DNA of 59,672 nt, taken from positions 62,001 through 121,672 of the forward strand of contig NGBS01000307.1 in assembly GCA_002245135.1 (NCBI GenBank), given 5' to 3'. A program made the position numbers and the translations under genes. The DNA is from Proteromonas lacertae (lineage: Eukaryota). A model generated the notes under the pieces. The model had not been told where the DNA came from, made no database searches, and saw only the letters and a list, made by a program, of their open reading frames with translations. Of the stretch, positions 26,801 through 39,481 are shown in pieces (position 1 is the stretch's first letter; each line of letters starts with the position of its first letter).

Positions 26801-29800
26801 ATTAAAAGCCGAATTAGAAGAACTTAGTTCAATAACAAGAGTTGATGTATATAAGACATTTGTTTCTTCTGCATTCCAATTCACTATTACATTCACTGAT
26901 GATTTTCCGTCTCCAGGTTTATTGGAAATATATAAAGATGAATTCCTTGCTTCTGATTTAGATGTATCAATAGAAATATCTAGAAAATATACTCCTGTAT
27001 TTAAATATCAATATGAATCATCAATTGATGATTTGATAAGAGTTAGTAACTTATTAGAAGGAACTTTATACAAATTTTATATTCAGACAATGAATCAATA
27101 TGGGGATAGTATTAATTACATTTCTGATTGGATAATTCCAGCAATACCTTCACCAGTTCCAGCTGATTATTTCAACGTAGTTTCAATTGGTCCAACAACA
27201 CTATTAGTATCATGGAAAGAACCATCCAGTACAGGAGGTAGACCAATAATTAAATATGTTATAAGATGGAGTAATTCATTAGATGAATTGAAAGAATCAA
27301 TATCAATAGAAGAGGAATTAGATAAAAGAAAAAGAATATTACAATCAGTTAAACAGCATACAATAACTGATATGAATAATACAGTAAATGGAATGTTTAG
27401 ACACATAATAGAAACAGAGATTATAGAATCATATTATATTAGTTTAACTGCTTATAATGATATTGGTGCAAGTATTTCATTCATATCCGATTTACTAAAT
27501 CCAGTAGAAGCGTCTATACCTGATCAACCATTGAATTTCAAAAGCTTCTATTAAAACTAATTACATAATTAATTTATCATGGGATGCTCCAGATCCATAT
27601 ATTGATTCTAACAATTATGGTGATGGAGGAAGTGCAATAAAAGGATATGTCTTAGAGTATTCAATGTATGGAACATTCATCAATCCAACAACAGTAAAAC
27701 TTGATAGAGACTCAAGGACCTATCAAATAAAAGATGAGACAAATCCAGTAATTATTGATTATTTATATGTGAGATTATCTTGTTTCAATTCTATTGGATA
27801 TTCATCCTTTGTTACACTTATAGTTAATGCTTATTATGATGTAGAATCCACAAATCCTGATCCACCAAGTGATATAATAGTTGGTATAAATAGAAATCCA
27901 GTGGTTGTATGGAATACTCCCTATTTAGGTCCAGATTGTGTGGTATCTGAACATCATTTAGAATATTCACCATCAGAGACATTCAAACCTGATATTTTAA
28001 CAGATAGTGTTACTATTCCAGTATTGCCTTATATGAGTGCTCTTGATATGAGTCAAGATTTCACAGTTGAGAATCACACAATATCATTTTCTGTACCTGT
28101 TCAAAATGAAATGCATGAATACAAGATTGAATTTCCAGAAGATTTTACAGGTAAAAATCCAGAATTTGATATAAAAATAGAAGGTCCAATAATTAATCAA
28201 ACAGTATTTACAATTGAATTAGGAGATAATGAAACAATGACTGAAGTAGCTATTCATGAATTTGAATTAAATGATGAAGTAGTATATGAAGAACATGATA
28301 TCTATTATGCAATGGATTATCAACCAACTATTCATGAAATATCCATAAAAGTAAACAAACCTAATGATATATATGTATTTGATTGTTCAAAATGTCATAG
28401 AGATATTGAAGAAGGAACAGAAGAAGCATCGACATCAACTGATATTGAAGCTGATTATATTTCAAATACTGATGATGAATTATCAGATTTAGATACTGAA
28501 ACTCCTATTTCAAAGGAATATTACATTCCATCAATCAAATTAAGAAGAAGTTCATATGAATTTGAAGTAGTTAATAAAACATATTCATTTGATGAAGCAG
28601 AAGTTGTAATTGGAAGACAAAGATTGGAGAAGTGTAGATTCATTCACAGAAAGAATAAGAGAATTGAATAAGAATGTCAACTGAAGTGAAATGTAAAGAC
28701 AATAGTTGTTTCAAAATATGAATGTGAGTTTGGATCAGTTGGTCATATGCCACATATTGAAGTATTATCAGCAGATGTTGAATTAGAAATTAAAATAACA
28801 CAAGAAGGTAAATATGTAAATACAACATATGAATTAAAATATGATTGTTTCGTTCCTGAAAGACAGGTTGAATCAATTTCATTAAATGTGAATGATGATA
28901 AAGATGAAGTATTAGAAGAATTTAAAGAAAAAATGGAATTATCAACTGAGGAATTTATAGATTATACAATAACAGGTATATCAATTGATGAAGTTAATAT
29001 TACTATAACATATAATATAATTGGATTTATCAATAATTCAACAATAAAGTGTAATTCAGATTATATATGTGTAGTAAATGAAATACAAAGAGGAAAATAT
29101 ATTCAGGATATTAATTTAGAAATAGAATATGAGGGAGGAGATAATAGAAATCTATCATTAAAAGTAGAAGATATTATTAGTAATACAGACATTGATTCAG
29201 ATTATATAAACGATTTATTTGATCCAGATTTTGATGAAAAAGAATATAAAATAGAAATGACATATGAGCCATATAAGAAGGAGAATGAATTACCAACTGG
29301 AGGAGGACATTTACATATTAAATACATAACAAGAGGAAATCCACCAGATATTGAAAATATCAGAGATGATAATATTGATGTAATTACATTCAATAATACA
29401 ATTCAAGGAAATGAAATAAGTGGAAATATTACTTGGACATTTGAAGGTAATGAATATGAATTTGAGTATAAAAGAAGGAATGAGAAAACACCAATTGATG
29501 AAGAAGACCAAAAAACATTTTTGGAAGAAATTGAAAAACAATTGGAAGAAAGGTATGGTAATGGTTCAATAGAGGTTAATTATATAGATGGTTCAATAAC
29601 TGATAGTTGTGGTTTTAAATTCAATATCTCTTATGTAGGTGATAAAGTGAGTGGAAGATGTGATTTACCAATAATAGATACAGAATCATTAAACGGAATA
29701 AAACCACAATTTAATTCAATAATTTTTCAACAAGGACAGAGTTATGAAGGATATATAGAACTTTCAACTGAAGAAGAAAGTATTACAATTGAGATTAATG

Positions 29801-32800
29801 CAACTGACTGAAGAAATAAGAAATTCATTAGCTGAATTATATCATGTAAATAATACTGATGAAGATCATATTACATTCAGTAGAGTGTATAAAGAACCAA
29901 TTAGAAGACATTACCAAACATGGACATGGGAATTTCATAATGATATTATGTATAAGAAAGAGAATGATTTATATCATTATAATTGGAATTCTTTATTCCC
30001 AACGGAAAGTAGAAAAACCAGTATTAACTGAAGGTCCAATTGATACATATAAGCAAGATAATAATTCAACAGAGAATATTAAATTGATATTTGATGAAGG
30101 TACTGCAGGATTGAGAGGCAGTTATCATCTGAAATTAAATACAAAGAATTGTCCAAGATGTGTAGAACAAAAGGAATATAAGGATGTAATCATACCATTT
30201 AATGCTAATGAAAGTGATATTATTAATTATATGAATATATGGAAAGACAATTATACTGTTAGTGATTATATATTCGATAATAAAACTGGAAGTTCATCAT
30301 ATAGAATCACATTCAATCGATTAGGAGATATTTGTTATTTATGTGTACAAAGATACTTCATTGAGTATTGTAAATGAACTTACATCATCAGATGATGTAG
30401 ATAATGCAACAATTATCCACACTAATGAAATGAGAGGTAGAAGTATTGAAGGAACAGTGAAATTTACACTTGAAGATATTGATGGTAGTAAGTGTGAATA
30501 TAATTATGATACAGTGAAAAGTAATAAAACAAATATGCATGATGATTTATTAAAGCAATGTAAAATGTTAAGAGAAGTATATATTGAACATAATAATACT
30601 GATGATTATGGAAGTCCACAACAATTCCTTATCAGATTTGTTGGTAGAAAGAATGCTATACCTTATGGAAATGGTAATTTTAGTAAAGTAGATGTTGATT
30701 ATAGTAATATGAAGTATTATAATACCTCTGATTATATAAATGGTAAATTTGAAATAATTAAATCAGTAGAAGGTTTTAAGTCAATAGTGGGTGATATTCT
30801 TCATAAAAGTAAATGATTTTGATGTAGAAGAAAATACGGATGAATTAGAAATTAGTACTTTAGATCCAAGTGACTTAGAAGATGAATTAATTCGTAGATA
30901 CAATGGAACAGATTACCCATTAGCAGTTCATGTATATCCAAATGGAGATGGATGGAATAATGAAAGTGTAGTTAATGGAAATGGTGGTTATATTATAACA
31001 TATGTAATAGTAAAACATAAAGATGCATTACCAACAGGTTCATGTTTAGAAATACCAAAGATTGAAGTGAATTTAACAGGAAATTATGAATTTGAAGAGA
31101 AAGTCAATAGTCATTGTAGTATAGGTTTTTCAACATATAAACATACAGTACAAACTATATTCAATACAATTCCTCATGAAATGACATTAGATATAACCAA
31201 TAGAACTGAATTATATGATATGTTTGATTATTACCCAGGTTTAACTGATTTAATAGTATCAAATCCAACTGATAGTTATTACCATCCAGTCCCAGTTCAT
31301 GCATCTTCTCAAAGAGGAAGTGATTTAATTCATGCTTATAACGGTAATATTTGTGATTATATAGTAGCTGGTGATCATATAATGATAAGTTCTCACAATA
31401 TATCATCACAGAATTTAAAAGATGAGAATGCATTTGATAATGATTATTATCTTGGTAATGCAACAGTAATATATGATCATTGGATTAAGTTAGATAATGC
31501 TGATTTTAGGAGTGAAATAATGAATACAACTACAGTGAGAATCAATTTTGCAGAATATGTAATAGAAGATAGTCAAACTTCATTTATGAAATTTGTATTT
31601 GATGAAGAAATTCCAAGTGGAATAATATTAATATTTAATGATAAAAGAACAGGATGTATTACAACAAAAACATCACCTTACAAAATTGAAGAAATAATGA
31701 AAGAAGCATTATTTGAGAAAGAATATAAAGTAACAGTTAGTTTTATAGAAAATGAATTATCATTTTACTTTACAGATTCAATGTTTTATACAAATATATC
31801 AGTGAATGGTTTTAAATTATCAACTTGTTCGTTAAATAAACAACAAATGGAAGAAGTAGATGAAGAAGATACTGTTTATGAAATACCCTACAAAGGAATA
31901 TATGCTGATAAGAATTATAGTGTTGTATATAAAGAAGAATATACTGATTGTGTAAAACCAAAAGATATACAAACACAAATGAAGAAAATGATCAAAGGAA
32001 ATATCACTATTAAAAACGATGAAATGACATTTATTATAGACAATAAGAATAATTTTGATATTAATTCATTTTTATTACTTACATGTAATGATGAAACAAC
32101 AGTAAATCCAATTGATTCAATGATATATCCATTAGATGAAATGAATAGTGAATCAATAACAAAAATCAATCTAAAAGACATTTGTCCACAAGATACATTA
32201 AAGACATCAGTATTCTTACCAAATGAAGTGAGAAGTTATATATTTGTAAAGTCTAATGCAACTACAAGCACATGTATAACAAGAGATACACCAATTTATC
32301 TAGTAATTGAAACGTTTAAAACATTATTCAACCAATCTGTACACATTGAAGATAAAGAATCAATATTTACAATCTATTTCATAGATAAAGGAGTGTTATA
32401 ATATAACAGATCCATGTCATGATATAATAGTTCAGTTACAAGCATTTACTGATGAAAGATGTACAAAACAATACATATCGAATGATTTAATTCATTTCCC
32501 AAAAGTAGCAGGTAATCACTTAACAACAAATGTAATAAATGCAGCTAATTGCCCATTAAAAACAATAATAACAGGTGTATATAAAGTAGGAACAGTTTAT
32601 GAAGTATCTGAATTAACATCTTGTAGAGAGAATATCATTACAATCAATCCATCAATGAAACAAGAATCAAATATGTCAGATTTATATATAACAACAGCTA
32701 ATGGAATGAGATTTTTAGTTACTTATAAAGGTGCATTAAATTCAACAAGTACTAAGATTAAATTAATTGAAGACGTATCGAAATTACCAATTAACTTACT

Positions 32801-35123
32801 ATTTACTCCTGTATATGATTCATCTCCGTATGGTATTTATTCATATGAAATAACAAATATCAAAATGGGTATTGTTTATTATGTAAGATTATACTTCACT
32901 TATTATAATAATACAAAGGAAGAATATATGACAACTGAATATTCAGAAGCTATTAGTTTTATTTTAAGATTCCCACCAGATCCAATACCAAGATTAGATT
33001 TAATAACACCACATACACAGAATGAAGAAATTAGTATAAGAACAATGTCAGAGTATTTATATGAAGTACAAGAATTAATCATTACCTGTGCCACAATATC
33101 TGAAGTTCAAGTAATTACATTATCATCAAGAGAAGCATTGAAAAATTCTGCTATAGTTAATCTAAAATTCCCTTCAATAACTGTAGATGATAAAGAAGTG
33201 AATATTAAAACGAGTGATTCAATATATCAAATGATATTTGAAGGAAAGGATGGAAAAGAGCCAATCGGTTTTATTGAAATACAGTTAGATGATGATAATT
33301 CAACATGTATTGATATTGAGCAACCAGATCAAATAGTAGAACTAGTTGAAAAGTATAATGGTAATGTATTTAGAGAAATATATGGTAAAACAATTGTGTA
33401 TACATTAGTGTTTGAAGAAGAATTAGAGAAGTTTGATTATAGACAAACATTATTCTGTATGGGTGATTATAAAGGACCAACAGTAAGGGTATTGAATAAT
33501 CATAATTTAATTCTCAATACAAGTGATATCTTAGATAATAAAGTAGATGAAAATGTATTATTACAGATGAATAATATTATATCATTTATACCAGTTTTAC
33601 ACAATAATTATTCCATTAATATAATTGGTAAAATATCATCCACTTCATCATGGAAATATGAAATAATAATAGAATATGGATATAATTTAGGAAATATAAA
33701 TCAATTGGAATGTATAAATGATAAAAATGATAAAATTACATGTGCAACTTCAACAATATCAAATGGTAATGGAATGAGTGGTTATATAGAATTAGAATTC
33801 AACAATAAGTTGTGTAGTTTAGATTATCCATTAAGTGCAGACTTATTCCATTTGTGTTACCCTGATATAGAATTGGAATTGACAAATTCATCATTGACTT
33901 ATTCAAGATTATTATTGTCTTTCGTAAATATTCCTGGAGATGTAGAGAATTTCAAATATATATCATATATAAAAGGATTAAATGCAACAGTAACTATAAA
34001 TGAGTTAAGAAAAGGTAATGAAATGAGTGGATTATTCTCAGTTGATTTGAATGGCGAAAATAGTGGTGAATTGGAATATAATACTGAAACAATAAATTGG
34101 AAATCATATTCAAGTGAAAGTCAAAGATCTGTTTATCCAACAAATCAAGAGAATGGATATGAATGGAAAATAAAATTCAATAAACATTATGATGAATATA
34201 AATTAGTTCCAAATTCAAATTTAGAAAGTACATCAGCCACTACAACTGCAGTATTAATAAATGAAGTAAAACAACAATTAAATGAATCAGATAATCTATT
34301 AACAGTAAGTTTCAAAGTTCCTCGTCATAATAATGGTGCTCCAATAATAAACTATAAAATTAGTTTTGATACATTACCAGATTATAATAGCAAACAATTT
34401 GAAACAAAGAATCTGAATAGTGAAGAGTTTTTGTATAGTACTCAATACATAGAATTGGAGAATGATGTTGATTACTTACCTTGTGGAAATAGAAAGGAAG
34501 ATGTATTCTATATTAAATATAATAATGAAATGAGTGGTGAAATAAAATTCAATGAAAAACCATTAGGCTTTAGATATATAGTTGAAGAATTTAAAGATAT
34601 TGAATTAGCTGAAGTGAATAGAATAAGTACTGGTAGTATTTATGCAGGTAGAATAACTATAAGAAGAAACAGAATAGTAAAACAAGAATTAATATCATTG
34701 ATCTATTTAGATGATATTAATGTATTATATATAGAGAATTATACTTATTGTTTAAAAGGCAATGAAGTAATTTTGTGTGATGAGAAAGAATCAGGTCAAA
34801 TTAATATGTATGAATATGCTGAAGATAATTTAATTGATGGAACTTACTCTATTTATATTGACAAAGGATATAAATGGAAAGTAAGAATTTATAAAGCCAA
34901 AGTAATGACTTATTTTGAACCAACAATCCCAATATTTTCACAGAAAGGATGTAGTGTGATAGTTTATGGAGAAGATTGTGTAGAATGTGTTTCATTTAAA
35001 ATAAAGCCAAACAGATACTATTATGTAAAGATTCAAGCTGTTAATATGGAAGGATCCAGTTCAATTAAACATGCAGATGAATATTATTACAATACAACAA
35101 AAATTGAAACAATTAAAACTTAA
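5864..35123 (+). CDS. Giant (about 9,750 aa) secreted FN3/PA14/filamin-repeat protein; intronless, split by about 10 single-base +1 shifts
   Basis: Signal peptide MKAFISTVFILNLIFMVNA. ORFs of 5361, 1801, 335, 354, 80, 172, 157, 536 and 822 aa are joined by open overlapping frames. FN3 motifs continue across the breaks (e.g. IDNVLPNNKHYFKIISFSDFGISDP; PDQPLNFK|ASIKTNYIINLSWDAP). 29260 nt minus 10 gives 9750 codons. Confidence 0.85.
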
Positions 35124-35162
35124 TTATTTTAAACTATTATTAATTTTATGAATATGAGTTAT

Positions 35163-35170
35163 TGTTTGTT
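35163..35170 (+). promoter_or_regulatory. TGTTTGTT 3'-end/polyadenylation-associated motif
   Basis: Exact TGTTTGTT 40 nt after the giant gene's stop. This motif lies just downstream of poly(A) sites in Blastocystis. Confidence 0.55.
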
Positions 35171-35261
35171 CAAACACTCTAATCTCTAAAAATAAAATGT
35201 TTAAAAGAATATTTAATACTAAAACGGTTATATATTTTATAATAGCAAGCATGTTTGAAAG

Positions 35262-37181
35262 ATGTTTTGTTTGAAATCTTTCGTAAATGAAGTATTACCT
35301 TCAATATTACCATCTAATACACAAGTATATTAATTAATTCATAATGATAGATAAAGAAGATGGTTGAAAAGAGTAAATCAGAAATAAATATTGTAATTCA
35401 ACAAAAATATGATATTAGGATGATTAAAATCCTAGATATAAATGGAATAAAAGAAAAGAAGATATTGAAATTCTTAGAGAATAACTCTTTTTTGATAGAT
35501 TGTTGTTTTTGTTGCACATGTTCTTTAAATGTGTTTGAGTTGAATAATAAAAGTGGATATATGGTAATAAATAGAGAATATTTTGAGAGAGATCTGGAAG
35601 AGATAACTCAAGTTAAATTCTTTTCAAATAGTGATATTTGTAGTGTAATATGTAATATATGTAACATTATAATTGCTTTAAGTGAATATAACTTGTTGGC
35701 TGGTAATCTGAAGAGTAGCAATGTAATATATGAAGATGATGATAGTGTTAAAATATGTGATTTTTGTTTGAATGAATTGAGAAGAGAATATGAAATGAGA
35801 ATATATGATATATGCTTTAAATCTCCAGAAGAGTTGAACGGATTAGAATGTAATGAAAGAAGTGTGATTTGGTCAATTGGCTGTATATTATACGAAATGT
35901 TAAACAAGAAATTACCATTTAATGAAGATAATAATGTGAATAAAACAAGAGAGAATATACTGAGATGTAAGTACAATTTACATATAAAATGTGATAGTAT
36001 GATGAAAGAATTGATAGATAAGGTCTTAAAAGTGAAGAGTGAAGATAGATTGAATTTAAAAGAGTTGAAAAAAGAAATGAAAAAGATGAATGAAATACAA
36101 AAGGATAATGATGATTATCTATTGATATGTAAAGAAAGAAAAGTTGTATTATTCACTAATGATTACACTACTTCTATTAAACTACCAGTAATATATCCAC
36201 AAGAATATTATCTTCAGACTAACAAATGGAAGAGTATGTATATAATTCATAATGAAAATTAATGTTGTTTGAATAGATATTCGAGATAGTTTGATAAGAT
36301 TCTACAATTACAGACACAATGAAAGAATGTTATATATATTATTGATTATGAAATTATACAAAGAAAAAAGAAATGACTCAGAAATGCTTAATAATCATTT
36401 TAGGAATTATAAGTTTATTCACAATAAAAACATCAAAGATGTACTTAAATTTCAAGTATCCCATAAATGTGAAGGAAATAGAGAATGCTATTTAGATGAG
36501 CTAATATTTAGTATTGATACTGATGATGATGATAGAGAATTAATCAAAGTGTATTCAAGATGTATTTGTTTATGTGAGGAAGGTATGAAGTATTTCTTTA
36601 AAATATTAAAATTAATAAATCCAGCTAAGATTTCATTCCGTATGGTTTTCATATAGTTATTAATTAGGGATATAACTATATTCCGGTTGATAATCAGTTG
36701 CTATTTGGATCATATTTATATCAATTATCAAGTCTACAGGAATTAGATATATCAGAGTGTGATTTATATAGGGATTTTGTTGAATTGTTTATCGAAGTTA
36801 TACCATACATGAAATTGAAATATGCTAATCTTTCTTGTATAATATTATTCTTTTTTATACCATTTTTATATTAATGTAGGTAATCCAATTGGTCCAAAAG
36901 GTTTCAAATTATTAATTCCATATTTGCATTTACTAATAAACAAAGATAGCGAGATGAATCTTGAGAGAATGTATTTAAATGATGAATCAATGATATTATT
37001 ATCACAGGAATTATATAAATATCCAAATGTAAAGAAAATAATTATAAGAAAGAATGAATCTATTAAAAATAAAGGTTTAGAAGCTTTATATTCCATATTC
37101 CCATCTACAAGTGTAGTTAATAAATATGAATATAAACAGTATAAGTATAAAAAACCTCTTAAGTCAGATTACTGGGATTAA
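35262..37181 (+). CDS. NEK-like pseudokinase with C-terminal RNI-type leucine-rich repeats
   Basis: ATG 35262, intron 35325-35350. Degenerate motifs AGNLKSSN (for HRDLKxxN), DFC, SPE and IWSIGCILYEM. LRRs LSSLQELDISECDL and LKYANLSCNPIGPKG. Phase of the junction near 36640 is ambiguous. Confidence 0.7.
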
Positions 37182-37739
37182 ATTAATATTTTCATTAGGT
37201 TATTAATTTGTGTAGAAAATATTTTAAACAAATAGAATGCTTAATTATATTGTAGTGTAAATGATGTTAGCTTTTCTTTTTTCTTTTCTAAATCTGTTTA
37301 ATTTGTTTATTTTGTTTTATTGTTTATCGTTATATATATAACAGAGTTTATACACTTATAATTTACATTAAAGATTACTTAAGTTTGTAAATGGAGATGA
37401 ATATGGAGATAGAGAAATAGGAAGTATTTAAAATTAAGGTATGTCAATGGGTAGGATTGTTGCTTTTTTATGGTTGTTATATAAACAACAATTAAATACA
37501 TCATAATATTATAAACATCAATTAACATAACTCTCATATCTTTACGAAAATGCTATCATATTTAATAGTACATATAATGAATGAACTGTTCAATCGCATA
37601 TTGTACGTTTGTATATCCCTTTATTGTTAGAAAAAGTTCACATTCTTATATCAATTAAGTGGACAAATCTAAGTTGAAATATATTTATTGTTTATAATAT
37701 TGTTGTGTTATATAATACATCCCCATATATCAACAAACA

Positions 37740-38207
37740 ATGACAAGTTTAGAAGATTTCTTTAAATACGTATATGGAGAGGTAAATTGCAATATAGAAG
37801 GAATTATTACACTAATTGGTAGAGCATTTGGTTTTACTTTTCTCTTCTGTGGAGCCAGTGTAATACTTGCGTATGCAATAGTAATAAGTGCATTTTTAAT
37901 ATGCTGTATCACAATAGTGCCTATTATATTACTTGCTCTATATTGGGATGGATTTTGGGGTGATTTAGAATTTACTTTTACTTGGCTTTGGGGTGCTGGT
38001 TTAATTATAGGAGCTGTCTTTTCTGGAATAGTGTTCTTACCAGTTTGGATAGTTTTTGCACTATTGATAGCATTTTTAGCAATAATAATTCCATTAGCAA
38101 TATTAATTTCTATTTGCACATGTTGTGGGTGTATATGTTGCAATGAAAATGATGATGCAACAACTTTGAAAAAAGTAATGAGCAAATCTTCAGTTATACC
38201 AGAATAG
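37740..38207 (+). CDS. Small intronless multi-pass membrane protein with Cys-rich tail
   Basis: 155-aa ORF with long hydrophobic segments ending ICTCCGCICC. Confidence 0.7.
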   Translation: MTSLEDFFKYVYGEVNCNIEGIITLIGRAFGFTFLFCGASVILAYAIVISAFLICCITIVPIILLALYWDGFWGDLEFTFTWLWGAGLIIGAVFSGIVFLPVWIVFALLIAFLAIIIPLAILISICTCCGCICCNENDDATTLKKVMSKSSVIPE

Positions 38208-38506
38208 AATATGAAAGAATATTACTATATATATTCATATTCAATTGACATACACTCCTCTGAATATTTTAGTATCTATATAACATTTAAAGATATGAAA
38301 CAACAATATAAATTAAAAAAGTTGTCAAATTGTAAATATTAATATTAATCCACATTTTTTGGTACTTCTTTATCTTATCTATCAAATCATTTTAATAACA
38401 AAACTTGCATATACGAATATTTTAAAAGAAATAATCACAAACCATATCAAGCTTCGTTTTATTGTTACAAATTTTATTAATTGTCTTTTATAAACAAAAA
38501 TAGTAT

Positions 38507-39360
38507 ATGAACACACAGTCATCATGTAATTCTCTCCTATGTGTTGGAGAAAAAGCGGTTGGAGTTAATCCTTCAGATACAATAATAACAAAGTCCCCAA
38601 TAGCTGTATCACATCAAGTATTACCTAGAAGCGTATATTATACCTTTATTTATCAATATAGTCTCCTTCGAGTAAAACAAGACCACATTCCGCTTCAGAA
38701 GCAAAATTGAGGAATAATAATAGTCTAACAGTAAAAGTACCCTCAAAATCAGGATTTCTTTTACCAGTATTTTATTTTTAATATAGATATAACGAAATAT
38801 AGGGTTTACAACCAATTAAAACTACTAATAGTGTGACAATTATAGATTTTTCAGCGCCACGAAAAGTAGTAACTCCAATAAGACCAAAAACAACATTAAT
38901 TTCGTTTGATAAATCTTCAATTCCAACCAACTGTTTTGTACCAAAAATGCATCCTAGACATATAGATGATCCAGAAATATTAAATGCAATTAAAGGATGT
39001 AGAACACAATCTCCAGTAAAACATCCTGTAATTCAAACCAAATTAGTGGATAGTTATCTTCCTCATTATCCATCATTACAGTATAAATCACCTTATGGAA
39101 ATGTTCAATCTAAAGTGAAATTAGCTATAAATCCACCTCCTAAACTAAGAAAATGGCCAATGAGTAAGAAAATACGAAATGATATTAGAGTTCCTTCTAG
39201 AATGCAAGATAGGAATGAAATAGGGATAAAACAAGTACAAAATGACGATGATAGTGATGATAATGATATGAAACAGAAAAGTAATGAGAATGAGGAGAAT
39301 GAAGAAGAGGATTATGATGAAAGTTTTAATATGTTGATGAATAACAGTGAGTGTGATTAA
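38507..39360 (+). CDS. Hypothetical Pro/Lys/Ser-rich protein, 3 exons, acidic tail
   Basis: ORFs 38507 and 38833 join in frame through two short GT-AG introns (about 38633-38661 and 38767-38801). Confidence 0.6.
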
Positions 39361-39481
39361 TTGTAATTTTTATATATTTATATTAGAGATTATTTAATTT
39401 ATTTTTCATTTTTGACTATGTTTATTCTTTTATAAATATTACACAACAGAAATAAAGTAATATATATATTTACTATCAAAT

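Noticed and set aside
21947..32401. Stop-codon reassignment or readthrough in the giant gene
   Set aside because: Coding continues in a different frame at each break, 5361 codons have no in-frame stop, and other genes end normally in TAA or TAG.
21949..32655. Introns explaining the gaps between giant-gene ORFs
   Set aside because: The gaps are open and FN3-like in the next frame, with no suitably placed GTAT...TAG introns.
6008..33094. Short minus-strand ORFs inside the giant gene
   Set aside because: Biased L/Y/H/I/S composition typical of antisense frames, with no recognisable motifs.
37730..38185. 151-aa minus-strand ORF
   Set aside because: Antisense shadow of the hydrophobic plus-strand ORF.
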